Shown here piece by piece: positions 9,709-20,180 of a DNA stretch of 64,000 bases; the first letter of the stretch is position 1; each line of letters opens with the position of its first letter. This DNA comes from Patescibacteria group bacterium (GTDB lineage: Bacteria; Patescibacteriota; Patescibacteriia; UBA10025; JAHIVO01), in assembly GCA_028718605.1 (NCBI GenBank), contig JAQULM010000001.1, positions 94,693-158,692 of the forward strand, given 5' to 3'. The translations under genes were made by a program, and so were the position numbers. Below the pieces are notes generated by a model. The model searched no databases and was not told the origin of the DNA. It saw only the letters and a program-made list of their open reading frames with translations.

Positions 9709-10836
9709 CTAACTGTAGTATACATCGTTGTATAAATCAAGTGTAGTGCGTGCCATATCAGACCAATGGAATCTCGCAACACGGGCAAAACCACGTGCAC
9801 GCAAAGTTTCGGCAAGCTGTGGGTCTTTCAGTACCTGCATACAAGCATGGGCGATTTCGTCAATACTGTGGGGGTTAAAAAACAACGCAGCATCGCCGAG
9901 TATTTCCGGAAGGGATGAGCTGTTGCTCGCGACGACCGGAATCCCGTAGGAGCATGCTTCAAGTGCGGGTAAACCAAATCCCTCGCAAAACGACGGAAAT
10001 GCGTAGAGCGAGGCGCCGCGGTATACCTCCGGCAGATCGGTGTCAGTAACGAAACCGGTAAAAATCACACCGTCGCGGATTCCGAGGGTTTGAGAGGTTT
10101 CTTTCGCCCGCTTGAAAAAATAGTCTTCTTTGCCAACGATAACGAGGCGTACATGCGGCATTGCCATGGCAACTTTCTTATATGCCTGGAGGAGCCCTTC
10201 AACATTTTTATGCGGATAGACATTTCCGACATAGAGAATGTACGGTTTTTGAATTGAGTAACGGCGGAGTGCCTCAGGGCTATCAGGTGATGGTTTCTGG
10301 GCCTGGTCAACTGCTTCATAGGTCACGGAAATTTTCAGCGGATCAACATTGAAATAACGCACAACTTCCTGCTTTGTATATTTGGAAACGGCAATTATCC
10401 GCCGTGAACGTCTGATGGCAGAACGGATAACTATCCGGTAACCAAAATGTTTTAATGCGTACTGAAGCGGCCCAAGCATAGTCGCGCGCTGGGTGGGATA
10501 TTTCGTCAGTATCAAATCATGGACAGTTACAATAAATTTCCCCCAATACAATAGTGGTACATTAAAATGGGTAAAATGGACAAGATCCAGGCGCAGTGTC
10601 CAGAGTTTCAGGGGCAAAAGAATCTGCTCGGTGATTGTATACCAGCGAAAATCCGCAAGAACTTTTTTGAACCGCGGGTTCGTAGGTTGATAATCAGCCC
10701 AATTTTCCCTTCGAACAAGGATGAAATAATCATTCTCGTGATCAATCCGCTCGAGATGCTCAATAAGCTTCTGGGTATACCGGCCGAGGCCCTTGCCAAA
10801 TGTTCCGTAAAAACGCGCGTCTATTCCAATTCGCAT
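9709..10836 (-). CDS. Glycosyltransferase, GT4 family
   Basis: C-terminal GT4 motif: EGFGLPALEACSYGIPVVASNSSSLPEILGD. Confidence 0.85.
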   Translation of the reverse strand: MRIGIDARFYGTFGKGLGRYTQKLIEHLERIDHENDYFILVRRENWADYQPTNPRFKKVLADFRWYTITEQILLPLKLWTLRLDLVHFTHFNVPLLYWGKFIVTVHDLILTKYPTQRATMLGPLQYALKHFGYRIVIRSAIRRSRRIIAVSKYTKQEVVRYFNVDPLKISVTYEAVDQAQKPSPDSPEALRRYSIQKPYILYVGNVYPHKNVEGLLQAYKKVAMAMPHVRLVIVGKEDYFFKRAKETSQTLGIRDGVIFTGFVTDTDLPEVYRGASLYAFPSFCEGFGLPALEACSYGIPVVASNSSSLPEILGDAALFFNPHSIDEIAHACMQVLKDPQLAETLRARGFARVARFHWSDMARTTLDLYNDVYYS

Positions 10837-10839
10837 AGG

Positions 10840-11967
10840 TTACTGTAATGAATCAAATAAAGAAAGTGTTTGAGCTCCCGCCGACGGCCACGTTGCCGTT
10901 TCAACTGCGGCGTTCCCTTTTATCACGCATAAACGGCGGAGCGCTTCGTCCGTCGCGAGTATCGAAAGCGCACGAGACATCTCACTGATGTTATAGGGAT
11001 CAGCCAGGATTGCGGCATCCCTCGCGATTTCAGGCAGCGAGGTTGAAAAACTCGTCAGAACGGGCACCCCAGACGCCATTGCTTCGTACACGGGGAGTCC
11101 AAACCCTTCATAGTATGATGGGTATGCAAACAGCCGCGCGCCCTGGTACAGTGCCGGTTTGTCTTTATCCGCTACGTATCCTGTGAATAGTACGTCCCGG
11201 TGGTGTTTTGGGAGGCCTGTGCTATGCATACTGCCTGCGATGACCAGCTTGTACTGAAGGTTGTGCGCTTGTCGAGCATGGTTCCAGGCACGTATGAACC
11301 CTTCCGTGTTTTTCCTGGGTCCAACCGCTCCGAGCGATAAAATATACGAACCTGGCAATCCATACCGATGCCGGACCTCTTCCAAAACATCGCTTGAGCA
11401 CGGGCGAAACCGTTCGCGATCAACTCCGAGACGAATAATTTCGATGGAGTCTGCCGGCACACCAAACGAACACTGCAAATCACGGCTCGTGCTCTCTGAA
11501 ACTGTTATAATCCGTTCTGCGCGTTTCAGCAATTTTTTGAACCGTACTGCCCGATGCCATATCCGTTGTTTCAGCCCATAGAAACCTTGGTGGCAAAACG
11601 AAACGTCATGTACGGTAAGGACGAGTTTGCATGAATCCGTACATGAAAAAAAATTCATATTAGGCAAAAAGAAAAGGTCAGCGCCGCCAACGACCCGGTC
11701 AAGCGGCGGAAAAGAAAGCAATGCGAGTGACGTGTTCAATAATTTATTGGGTATCGCTCGCTCAACAACTCGGGCACAATCGGCTCGCAGCGGATCGAGG
11801 CGTTCTCGGGGAATCGGATGCACAGCGTTTGAAAACAAAACGAACTCGTGCTTACTCTCGCTCTGTACGAGTTCTGAAACGATGTGCGATGTATATTCGC
11901 TTACACCGGATGGATTGGGCTCAACAAGGGATCTGATATCAATCGCGATTCGCATGGGCAGAATCAT
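10840..11967 (-). CDS. Glycosyltransferase, GT4 family
   Basis: YEGFGLPVYEAMASGVPVLTSFSTSLPEI. Confidence 0.85.
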   Translation of the reverse strand: MILPMRIAIDIRSLVEPNPSGVSEYTSHIVSELVQSESKHEFVLFSNAVHPIPRERLDPLRADCARVVERAIPNKLLNTSLALLSFPPLDRVVGGADLFFLPNMNFFSCTDSCKLVLTVHDVSFCHQGFYGLKQRIWHRAVRFKKLLKRAERIITVSESTSRDLQCSFGVPADSIEIIRLGVDRERFRPCSSDVLEEVRHRYGLPGSYILSLGAVGPRKNTEGFIRAWNHARQAHNLQYKLVIAGSMHSTGLPKHHRDVLFTGYVADKDKPALYQGARLFAYPSYYEGFGLPVYEAMASGVPVLTSFSTSLPEIARDAAILADPYNISEMSRALSILATDEALRRLCVIKGNAAVETATWPSAGAQTLSLFDSLQ

Positions 11968-12646
11968 TTGCGGTAGATACGCGCCCGGTTTTAAGGTATG
12001 CGATGCTATACGACGCTGTTACACCGACAATCAACCCAGCGAAGAGACCGATGGCCGCATTAAACCAGAGCGCCGGCCGTTTTTCCACAATGACAGGTTT
12101 CGCTCCGATAACTTGGAAAAAAGCCTTTTGGTCAGCGGTTTGCACCGCTGCAGTTGCGCGTTCTTCAACTGTTTGTGTTATTGCGGCAGCGATTGTCTCC
12201 GCGGTCGCTCGGTCACGCTCACGGAACCGTACTGCGATATTCTGGGGTGAATATTGCTTTACTTTGAACCGAGAAGTGAATTGCTCAGTTGATGAAATAC
12301 GCGGATCGATCGTGGCCCGTTCATAGATTTCAAGCAGCACCGACGGCGTCATCATCCAGCTCATGACAGTCTGCGAAAAGAGGTCAGCGGCTTGGATGGC
12401 GTAGTAGCCGTCATACTGATACTCGGTTGTGTCCTGCCGGTTAATCCTGTTGATAGAAAACGATAGTGACGTGTCGTATTCCACAGGCTTCACGAGACTA
12501 CTGATAACCGCAGCCCCAATAGCCACAGCGGTTGTAGCGATAATGACCCATTTGAATCGAAGGAATATGCCCATAAAAATTACTCTTGTGCTCCTCGTAG
12601 ATAAAGTATTACGTATTTTTAAATTCTTGCCAAGCCTGCTCGACAA
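11939..12646 (-). CDS. Wzz-like polysaccharide co-polymerase / chain-length determinant (short form)
   Basis: An N-terminal TM and a C-terminal TM (LWFNAAIGLFAGLIVGVTASYSIAYL) flank a soluble domain, which is the PCP topology. The true start may be the internal MGIFLRF (about 12574). Confidence 0.55.
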   Translation of the reverse strand: MSSRLGKNLKIRNTLSTRSTRVIFMGIFLRFKWVIIATTAVAIGAAVISSLVKPVEYDTSLSFSINRINRQDTTEYQYDGYYAIQAADLFSQTVMSWMMTPSVLLEIYERATIDPRISSTEQFTSRFKVKQYSPQNIAVRFRERDRATAETIAAAITQTVEERATAAVQTADQKAFFQVIGAKPVIVEKRPALWFNAAIGLFAGLIVGVTASYSIAYLKTGRVSTANDSAHANRD

Positions 12647-13709
12647 ATGTTGATATGCGGTCTTTAAACCGAGCTACGCTGAACTGCTCCGCGTGTTGGC
12701 GGATCATCGCTGAATCGAAGTTCTCCGGCTTGAAATGAATGACGGTGTCCGCAATCGCCTCCCACGATTGCTCATCGAAAAGAACGCCGGTCGTGCCAGG
12801 CACAACAGTTTCAAGAGCTCCGCCAGATCCGTACGCAATAACCGGGCGGCCTGATGCCATAGCCTCAACGCACGTAATGCCAAAATCTTCCTCCTGCGGA
12901 TGGATAAACGCTTTACAACGGGAATAATACTCCGCGATTTTCTGGTCAGAAACAAAACCGAGGAACTTGATATGAGGTCCTGCCATCGAGCGAAGGCGGT
13001 CCTCATCCTCACCCTCACCGATAATATAAAGCGGTAAGCCGAGCTTATTGAACGCCTGGATCGCTATGTCAACCCGTTTATATGGCCGGAGTCTCGTTAT
13101 CATGAGATAATAATCATCCTGTGAATCGGTAATGGAAAACCGGTCAGTATTCACGGGAGGATTGATAACGACACTATCACGCTTATAGTATTTCTGTATT
13201 CGTTTCGCAACAAACTTTGAATTCGCAATAAAACGGTCAACTCGATCTGCTGCAAGCCGATCCCAGATGCGGAGATAACTACGATAGAGTTGGGACGCCC
13301 GCCCGATTAAACGCTTCCGCTCAAACTTATCGATGATTTCATTATGATCACTCCACAGGTAGCGCGTGGGTGTATGGCAGTAGCAGATATGCAGCGTTTT
13401 GGGAGGAGTGAGTACGCCTTTTGCGAGCCCTGAGCTATCGGAAAAGACAACGTTGTATCCCGAGAGATCATAGCTCTCAGTGGCCGGAACCATCATCGGC
13501 AGGTACCACCGGAATTTTTTACGGGCAAATGGAAAGTGCGAAATGAACGATTGTTTAATCGTATATTCGTCAAAACGATGCTGCGTTCCTATCGGGTCAT
13601 AAATGAGGGTATACACCGGCGCTTCGGGGTGCATTTCACAAAGGGCCTTTAAAACCCGCTCTCCCCCGCCAAGCTGATTGAGATGATCATGGACGAGTGC
13701 GATTTTCAT
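12609..13709 (-). CDS. Glycosyltransferase, GT4 family
   Basis: MKIALVHDHLNQLGGGERV... followed by a C-terminal E-x7-E-like region (FGITCVEAMASGRPVIAYGSGGALE). Confidence 0.85.
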   Translation of the reverse strand: MKIALVHDHLNQLGGGERVLKALCEMHPEAPVYTLIYDPIGTQHRFDEYTIKQSFISHFPFARKKFRWYLPMMVPATESYDLSGYNVVFSDSSGLAKGVLTPPKTLHICYCHTPTRYLWSDHNEIIDKFERKRLIGRASQLYRSYLRIWDRLAADRVDRFIANSKFVAKRIQKYYKRDSVVINPPVNTDRFSITDSQDDYYLMITRLRPYKRVDIAIQAFNKLGLPLYIIGEGEDEDRLRSMAGPHIKFLGFVSDQKIAEYYSRCKAFIHPQEEDFGITCVEAMASGRPVIAYGSGGALETVVPGTTGVLFDEQSWEAIADTVIHFKPENFDSAMIRQHAEQFSVARFKDRISTFVEQAWQEFKNT

Positions 13710-13712
13710 ACA

Positions 13713-15104
13713 TTAGCTCGCTGATTTGCCAGAGATAACAACGAGTGGGGTTTTAAGTGAAATTTGTAAATCGAGCTTCATGGACCAGTTTTCAATATAA
13801 TAAATATCAAGCTTGGCTTCGTCCTCAAATTTAAGGTCTGACCGTCCTGAAATTTGGGCGAGCCCGGTAAGGCCAGGTTTAATGGTCAGTAACGTTCGGT
13901 GCCACCGTTCGTAGCGCGATACTTCTTCTGGTTCGTGCGGTCGCGGTCCGACAATGCTCATCTCCCCCTTTAAAACATTGAAAAACTGGGGCAATTCATC
14001 GAGGCTTGTTTTTCGGATGAAGCGTCCGATGCGCGTAATGCGCGGATCATTAGAAATTTTAAACAGTGGGCCATCAGACCGCTCATTGTGCTGAATGAGG
14101 TCTTTTTTGAGCAAATGTGCGTTCTGGACCATTGAACGGAATTTATACAATGTAAAGGTCTTGCCGCGCTCCCCAACACGCTCAAGTTTTACGAAAACTC
14201 CACCCTTTGAATCGACGGCGACGAGCAGCCCCACAATCAGGAGAAGTGGCGATATGACGATTAAAAAAATCGTAGCGAAGACCATGTCAAATATTCGTTT
14301 TGATATCCTCCCCCACCCTTCCAGCTTGGTACGCTTAACCTCAATAATTGGTATGCCCGCGATCGTATTAATTTCAATATGGGTTGGCTGCACTTCAAAA
14401 AGGTCTGTCGTGTACTTGAATGTAATATGGTGATCATTGCAAAAATTTCGGATCGCAAACCCCTGCTCCTTGGGGAGGCTCGTATCGGCCTGGATAATCT
14501 CATCAATCGAATTGGTGGCGAGGGATGAAGTGACCTGCTTCTGTACGTCATCGCTAAAACTGTCATGCCGGGCAAGAATCCGGTACCCGAACGTCGGGTG
14601 CTGGTAAATTTGTTTAATGATGTCCTCGGTCGTCTTGTCCTTGCCGATGATAAGCACATTGTGTTGCCCAACACCGCGACGAAGGAGCGCACGCTGGATT
14701 CCACGAACGATAAAACGGCCTATCATAACCGTCACGATGCATAATATCCAGCCGATGAGAACAATAAAGCGGGATGAAAAGAGCTCCCGCTGGAAAAAAA
14801 TGATAATGATAACAATCGCGATAGACGCTGTACAAGTAACAAACAAGCTGGTCGCTTCATCGATCAGCCGTCGGGTAATTTTGATGGCATACAAACCGCT
14901 CAGTGCAAAAATAACGATAAAAATTATCGGCACGACAAATAAAAATCCGAGGTACTCACGTAATACAATTTCTGATACTACTGGCCGTAATTCGGTGAAG
15001 AACGGAATAAACCGCATTTGATATGCAAAAAAACCAGCCAGTATAACCATACAGTAGTCAACTGGTATGAGTATCATGCTAAAAATTAGTTCAGAGCGTT
15101 TCAT
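13713..15104 (-). CDS. Polyprenyl-phosphate sugar-phosphotransferase (bacterial sugar transferase, WbaP/EpsL-like initiating enzyme)
   Basis: The C-terminal catalytic domain is KRIFDMVFATIFLIVISPLLL...YKFRSM...DELPQFFNVLKGEMSIVGPRP. The start was taken at the internal MKRSELIF so the gene does not run into the RNase P RNA gene. Confidence 0.85.
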   Translation of the reverse strand: MKRSELIFSMILIPVDYCMVILAGFFAYQMRFIPFFTELRPVVSEIVLREYLGFLFVVPIIFIVIFALSGLYAIKITRRLIDEATSLFVTCTASIAIVIIIIFFQRELFSSRFIVLIGWILCIVTVMIGRFIVRGIQRALLRRGVGQHNVLIIGKDKTTEDIIKQIYQHPTFGYRILARHDSFSDDVQKQVTSSLATNSIDEIIQADTSLPKEQGFAIRNFCNDHHITFKYTTDLFEVQPTHIEINTIAGIPIIEVKRTKLEGWGRISKRIFDMVFATIFLIVISPLLLIVGLLVAVDSKGGVFVKLERVGERGKTFTLYKFRSMVQNAHLLKKDLIQHNERSDGPLFKISNDPRITRIGRFIRKTSLDELPQFFNVLKGEMSIVGPRPHEPEEVSRYERWHRTLLTIKPGLTGLAQISGRSDLKFEDEAKLDIYYIENWSMKLDLQISLKTPLVVISGKSAS

Positions 15105-15211
15105 TGATGTACACTGCGGATTGATGTCATTATATATAGAAAAGCGCCTAAGCAAACCTGTAAGCCGAATTCTGTCGACCTCCGCTCTCCGAGCTACGGT
15201 CGACAAGTCCC

Positions 15212-15600
15212 ATGGGGAGCCTGTCCGCCGGAGTTCGGAGAACGAAGGCGGATGATTATCTATCTAGCCCCGACGTTGCCGTCGGAGTCATGCGACCAAC
15301 CCACCCCGCCAGATGACGGGGCCTACTTGGTCTTGCACCGGATAGGGTTTTTCACGCTCTGGCGTCGCCACCAGAACCTGTGAGCTCTTACCTCACCTCT
15401 TTTCACCCTTGCCTGATCCCCGAAACAAGTTCGGAGCCATCGGCGGTTTTGTCTCTGTGACACTGTCCCTGAAAGACAACACTCAAAAGACTATAGCCCT
15501 TTTGATCGCTGCTCCCGGTCGCATTTCGCGACTATCCTTTTCCTTGCCTTTTATGGGCGAGGGGTGTTCGGACTTTCCTCTTTTTTGCAAGCTTTTTTGC
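15212..15600 (-). ncRNA. rnpB: RNase P RNA, bacterial type A
   Basis: The minus strand contains GAGGAAAGUCCGAACAC (P4 5' strand), ACAGAGACAAAACCGCCGAUGGCUC, AUCAGGCAAGGGUGAAAAGAGGUGAGGUAAGAGCUCAC, GGUGCAAGACCAAGUAGG and GGGCUAGAUAGAUAAUCAUCCGCC...GAACUCCGGCGGACAGG. These align segment by segment with E. coli M1 RNA. The ends are approximate. Confidence 0.85.
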
Positions 15601-15717
15601 CTGTAAAAAAGCAATCACCCGGTTTACTTAGGCAGAATATATCTTAGCCAAAAAGCCGTTTTTTGTCAATAAACTGTGGTATACTTGATATTGTAATTAC
15701 CATTAATAAACGCAGCT

Positions 15718-16416
15718 ATGCAAAAAAAGGTGCTTAATATCGCCCACCGGGGCGCCTCAGGATATAAACCGGAAAATACCCTCTCTTCCTTCAGGCACGC
15801 TCTGACGTATAAACCAGACATGATCGAGCTTGATGTCTATGTTTGCCTCAGTGGCGAGCTTGTCGTCATTCATGATGATAAAGTTGACCGTACGACCAAT
15901 GGTCAGGGTTATGTGGTTGAAAAAAGACTGTCCGAGCTTAAGAAACTCGATGCCGGACAGGGAGAAAAAATTCCAACCCTTATTGAAATACTGAATCTGG
16001 TCAATGGAAAAATTGCCATCAACATCGAACTCAAAGGAGCCGGCACCGCAAAACCAGTCGCTAAACTGATTAAAGAATATCTCAGCAAGATAAATTGGCA
16101 AGCAGAACAATTTCTAGTTTCTTCATTTAACCATCCAGAATTGGCAACTTTTAAAAAATTGTTGCCTAATATTAGAATTGGGGCGCTGTTTGTCGGCATC
16201 CCAGCTGAACTTGCCAAACCAGCAGAAGATTTAGGTGCTTACTCCATTAACTTATCGCAAGAATTTATCTCCCAAGAATTCGTTAATGACGCCCATCGAC
16301 GTGGATTGAAGGTTTTCGTTTTCACGGTCAACGATTTTGATGATATCGACCGGATGATTAAATTAGGGGTCGACGGTTTATTCTGTAATTACCCCGACCG
16401 TTTACAGACCCAGTAA
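15718..16416 (+). CDS. Glycerophosphodiester phosphodiesterase
   Basis: GDPD motifs: NIAHRGASGYKPENT, ELDVYVCLSGELVVIHD. Confidence 0.85.
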   Translation: MQKKVLNIAHRGASGYKPENTLSSFRHALTYKPDMIELDVYVCLSGELVVIHDDKVDRTTNGQGYVVEKRLSELKKLDAGQGEKIPTLIEILNLVNGKIAINIELKGAGTAKPVAKLIKEYLSKINWQAEQFLVSSFNHPELATFKKLLPNIRIGALFVGIPAELAKPAEDLGAYSINLSQEFISQEFVNDAHRRGLKVFVFTVNDFDDIDRMIKLGVDGLFCNYPDRLQTQ

Positions 16417-17283
16417 GTATTGACGGTAAAAATTCAGCAGTTTTTCCTCGTACTGATCCCCTGTAATTGTATACACTTCATCGTGCTCTGCATGCTGCAC
16501 GAGCCAAAACTCCTTCAGCCAAGGAGCTTTTTTATAGAATTCAAATGCTTCCTCGACTGGGATGCGTTTATCATATGAACTATGGATTATCATCAATGGC
16601 CGGGCGCGTAATGTATGGATATACTTGACCGGCGCAATCGTCGGAAGATAACATCCGGTTCGTAATTTGATCATCCAGATGGTGAAATAGCCGATCGGAA
16701 AAAAGGGTATTCCCTTCAGGTAATCCTGGAAGTTTTTCCAAATGATCGTTTTGAAGCGCGCGTATGAAGAAGCAATGACGATCGCCTTAATTTCGGGGAT
16801 GTCGCCGGATTTCATTATCGCAACTGCGCCACCCATAGAAAAGCCAAGCAACCCGATCTGGGAGAGATCAACATCCTTACGAGTTCGTAAATATGCGATC
16901 GCGCCGGCCAGATCACGCTGTTCACGTGCGCCAAATGTTATATATTTCCCCTGACTTTCACCAGAACCTCGAAAATCAAACATGAATATCGCATACCCGG
17001 CTTTATTCAAAAAACTAGCCTGCGGGAGCATTTGTTCCTTCGAGCGGCCATACCCATGAAGAAGAATTATCGTTGCGCCATTCGTTCCGGGAATAAATGC
17101 ACCCGCGAGCGCCAAACCGTCAGTTGCAGTGAACGTTAAACGCTCCGGCTGAAGCTGGTAACGGTTCCAGTCGTCTGAGTGAATTTCACGTGGCTGGCGT
17201 ATCACCTTGGTAGAGATGTACCATGCAAGGCTGAATGCCAAAAAGCCGAGCAGCACGATCCCAAAAATGATATTCATTATCAT
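16402..17283 (-). CDS. Membrane-anchored alpha/beta hydrolase
   Basis: The internal start MIMNIIFGIVLLG precedes an N-terminal TM. The hydrolase fold has a GFSMGG nucleophile elbow. It overlaps the rnhA stop by 4 bp (ATGA). Confidence 0.75.
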   Translation of the reverse strand: MIMNIIFGIVLLGFLAFSLAWYISTKVIRQPREIHSDDWNRYQLQPERLTFTATDGLALAGAFIPGTNGATIILLHGYGRSKEQMLPQASFLNKAGYAIFMFDFRGSGESQGKYITFGAREQRDLAGAIAYLRTRKDVDLSQIGLLGFSMGGAVAIMKSGDIPEIKAIVIASSYARFKTIIWKNFQDYLKGIPFFPIGYFTIWMIKLRTGCYLPTIAPVKYIHTLRARPLMIIHSSYDKRIPVEEAFEFYKKAPWLKEFWLVQHAEHDEVYTITGDQYEEKLLNFYRQYLLGL

Positions 17284-17687
17284 GCGCGTCTGTCGATAGC
17301 TTGGTTTACCAATTTGTCCGCCTCGTGGTTCTTCTCGCGCGGAACGTGGTGGAATGTAACTCGCTTGAATCCGACCATCATATTCCACGCTTTCACGAAC
17401 AGTGTCCCGAGCACCGGATCCTTTATTTTAAATTTCCGGTTCAGCTGGTTTACCGCTAGGTCGCTGTCCATATACACGTCCAGTTCACGGGCACCAATGC
17501 GTTTTGCCTGCTCGAGCGCCAGCAGAACCGCTTGGTATTCTGCTTGGTTATTCGTGGCTTCGCCGATATACTTCGCGTACGTGCCCACGAGGCTATGGCC
17601 GTGCCATATGACAACGCCAATACCGGCTGGTCCGGGATTGCCACGCGCCCCTCCGTCAGTAAAAATTTCTAGCTTTTCATGCTTCAT
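17280..17687 (-). CDS. rnhA: Ribonuclease HI
   Basis: MKHEKLEIFTDGGARGNPGPAGIGVV...NNQAEYQAVLLALE...HVPREKNHEADKL. Confidence 0.85.
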   Translation of the reverse strand: MKHEKLEIFTDGGARGNPGPAGIGVVIWHGHSLVGTYAKYIGEATNNQAEYQAVLLALEQAKRIGARELDVYMDSDLAVNQLNRKFKIKDPVLGTLFVKAWNMMVGFKRVTFHHVPREKNHEADKLVNQAIDRRA

Positions 17688-17835
17688 ACAGTGCATCATA
17701 GCACTCAATCTGTAGCATTGACAAGAATTAATTGAACGAAAAAATGGTTGGTTTAAAGCACTATCTTAAAAAACCCATCATTGGTAATTCATGGGCATCA
17801 CGGTTACAATCTCACGAGAGCACGCTAAGCTTTGC

Positions 17836-19542
17836 TTAATCCGTGCATTTTACGATGTCGATGACTTTCAACTGCAACTCACGGCTTCCGTTCCATTCAT
17901 TGAATGATATCTCAAACACTACATCGACGGTATCGCCTATTGACAGTGCATCGCACCAACGCTTGCCGAATCCAAATGCGATAAATTTTCTCGAGGTCGC
18001 GCCATCCTGAAGAACAAACCGCAGATGCTTGCCGTCTTTTCCAACTGCATGCATCTCAGCGATCGTAAGCTTGTAGGCAACAAACCGCGGCTGGTGGTTC
18101 CCAATGCCGAATGGCTCAAAATCTTGCAGCTTGGTTACGAGATCCCAGGTCATGGCATCGAGCGGCACCGCAGCATCGATCATAATACGCTTGACCATGT
18201 CGGTTTCCCGAATCTCGCGATTTGCAATGGCAACCATTTTCTTCAGGAATGCAGCAACCTTCCCGGCCTGAAGCGTAAAACCGCACGCTTCCGCATGGCC
18301 ACCAAAACGCACGAGATACTCCCGACACTCGATCAGTGCCTTAGTAATATCAAATTTTTCGATCGACCGGCCCGAACCGATAACTTCGCCATGATGTCGA
18401 CCCATAATAAGGACCGGCCGCTGGAACTCGTCAGCGAGCTTCCCCGCGACGAGGCCGACAACGCCTGCCTGCCAGCCATCGCCAATTGCGCTCAGCAAAC
18501 GACTGGTGCCGACACTACCGATCTGCTTCCTCGATTCAGCGACCATTGTTTCAGTCAACCGCTGGCGCTGTTGGTTGGTGCGCTCGAGACCCGCTGCGGC
18601 ATCCGCGGCAACTGATGCATCCTCGGTCATCAAGAGTTCATACGCAATATTTGCATGGTGCATGCGGCCTGCCGCATTGAGCCGTGGAACGATGCTAAAG
18701 CTGACGCCGTTCGTATCGACGGTGGCAATATCAAGACGCGCTGACCGCGCAATCGCCTGTAATCCATGGCGTTTCGTTTTTCGCAGGACTACAAGCCCGT
18801 AGCGTGCCAGGGTTCGGTTTTCACCGATGATCGGTACGCAGTCGCCTATCGTACCGATAGCAACAATATCGAGAAGCCATTTTTCAAAACCTGCGGGCAC
18901 GCGCGTGGCGCCATCTCGTGCAAGAAGCGCTTGAACTACCTTAAACGCCACACCAGCGCCCGACAGCTCACGGAATGGGTATGTTTCCTGGTCGAGGTGC
19001 GGATTAATAATCGCATACGCGGGTGGTAGCTCCGGCGGCTGCTCATGATGGTCAGTGACGACAACATCTACACCCTTCGTATTTGCACGCTCAATTTCCA
19101 GCTTATTGGCAATGCCACAGTCAACGGTCACAATGAGCTTCGTGCCTGACCGCGCAAGGTCATCGACTGTCTTTACGTTCAAACCATACCCCTCGGATTG
19201 GCGGTGCGGGATGTAAATATTCACGTCGGCACCCAGCTTACGAAGGGTCGAGACCATAATTATCGACGCACTAACGCCGTCTGCATCATAATCACCGTAG
19301 ACCGTAATCACCTCGCGTTTCTCGATTGCAGCAAAAATGCGGCTAACAGCCCGTGCCATGTCCTTGAAGACGAACGGATCATGCAGGTCCTGGCCGTAAT
19401 CCGGATTGAGAAATTCATCAATCGCGGTCTGAGTCGTAAAACCACGGTTATGGAGAAGCTGCACTATAATTGGGTCTACTTCGGCGAATCGTGCCCGCAC
19501 TGAATCTGAAATCGGTTTTGCCACCAGCCATGTTCGTTTCAT
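17836..19542 (-). CDS. recJ: Single-stranded-DNA-specific exonuclease RecJ
   Basis: DHH motifs (YGDYDADGVSA; VTVDCG; VTDHH) plus a DHHA1-like C-terminus. Confidence 0.9.
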   Translation of the reverse strand: MKRTWLVAKPISDSVRARFAEVDPIIVQLLHNRGFTTQTAIDEFLNPDYGQDLHDPFVFKDMARAVSRIFAAIEKREVITVYGDYDADGVSASIIMVSTLRKLGADVNIYIPHRQSEGYGLNVKTVDDLARSGTKLIVTVDCGIANKLEIERANTKGVDVVVTDHHEQPPELPPAYAIINPHLDQETYPFRELSGAGVAFKVVQALLARDGATRVPAGFEKWLLDIVAIGTIGDCVPIIGENRTLARYGLVVLRKTKRHGLQAIARSARLDIATVDTNGVSFSIVPRLNAAGRMHHANIAYELLMTEDASVAADAAAGLERTNQQRQRLTETMVAESRKQIGSVGTSRLLSAIGDGWQAGVVGLVAGKLADEFQRPVLIMGRHHGEVIGSGRSIEKFDITKALIECREYLVRFGGHAEACGFTLQAGKVAAFLKKMVAIANREIRETDMVKRIMIDAAVPLDAMTWDLVTKLQDFEPFGIGNHQPRFVAYKLTIAEMHAVGKDGKHLRFVLQDGATSRKFIAFGFGKRWCDALSIGDTVDVVFEISFNEWNGSRELQLKVIDIVKCTD

Positions 19543-19652
19543 ATTGGTATGTAGTATACCACGTTAAGTTGAGCTTGGACAAAAGAGTATTATCGGATCA
19601 ACAATAATATGATAGAATATAAATAGTTTCAGATTGTCCTACCGATCCATGT

Positions 19653-20072
19653 ATGAATATTTTTTGTCCCATTTCCATCCATGGTGGCCGCCATAATATT
19701 CAATACTGTAAAATGTTGGTACGCAGAATTCAGCAGCATGGCCATACAGTCCTGAACGCAATTGTAATTGATGACGATGTAGTTGAAAAAGAAGCACAAA
19801 AGCCCCCGCGGCAAATCCACGATCAATGTAAGCAGTGGATCGATGCGGCAGAAATCATCATTGGAGAAGTAACCACCCCAAGTTTAGGTGTGGGCATGGA
19901 GCTTGAATATTGTTTGGCGAAAAATAAACGCATATACGCCCTGTACGTAAGCCACTATGAACCGACGGTCTCGCTCATGGTCAAAGGCAATCCGCATATC
20001 CATCTTCAGCCCTACACAAACGCGACCGAACTCAAGGCAATCGTAGACGCTATACTTTCATCACACACCTAG
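19653..20072 (+). CDS. Nucleoside 2-deoxyribosyltransferase-like (NDT/Rcl-fold) protein
   Basis: MNIFCPISIHGG... and AEIIIGEVTTPSLGVGMELEYCLAKNKRIYAL fit the NDT-family pattern. Confidence 0.5.
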   Translation: MNIFCPISIHGGRHNIQYCKMLVRRIQQHGHTVLNAIVIDDDVVEKEAQKPPRQIHDQCKQWIDAAEIIIGEVTTPSLGVGMELEYCLAKNKRIYALYVSHYEPTVSLMVKGNPHIHLQPYTNATELKAIVDAILSSHT

Positions 20073-20095
20073 GCTCTTTTTATTATCCAATTTCC

Positions 20096-20130
20096 CCCTT
20101 CGGCATACGGAAGGGCCATTTTTATTACGG
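20096..20130 (+). terminator. Rho-independent terminator after gene 19653..20072
   Basis: cccttcggcatacggaaggg followed by ccatttttatt. Confidence 0.5.
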
Positions 20131-20180
20131 CTACAAATGTACTATACTGTAAGCGTGCGATAAACGTTAACAATAAACGC

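Noticed and set aside
11627-12250. 207-aa plus-strand ORF
   Set aside because: It is antisense to the GT4 and Wzz-like genes, Arg/Ser-rich, and has no RBS.
15067-15606. Two small plus-strand ORFs (62 and 65 aa)
   Set aside because: They lie on the opposite strand of the RNase P RNA gene.
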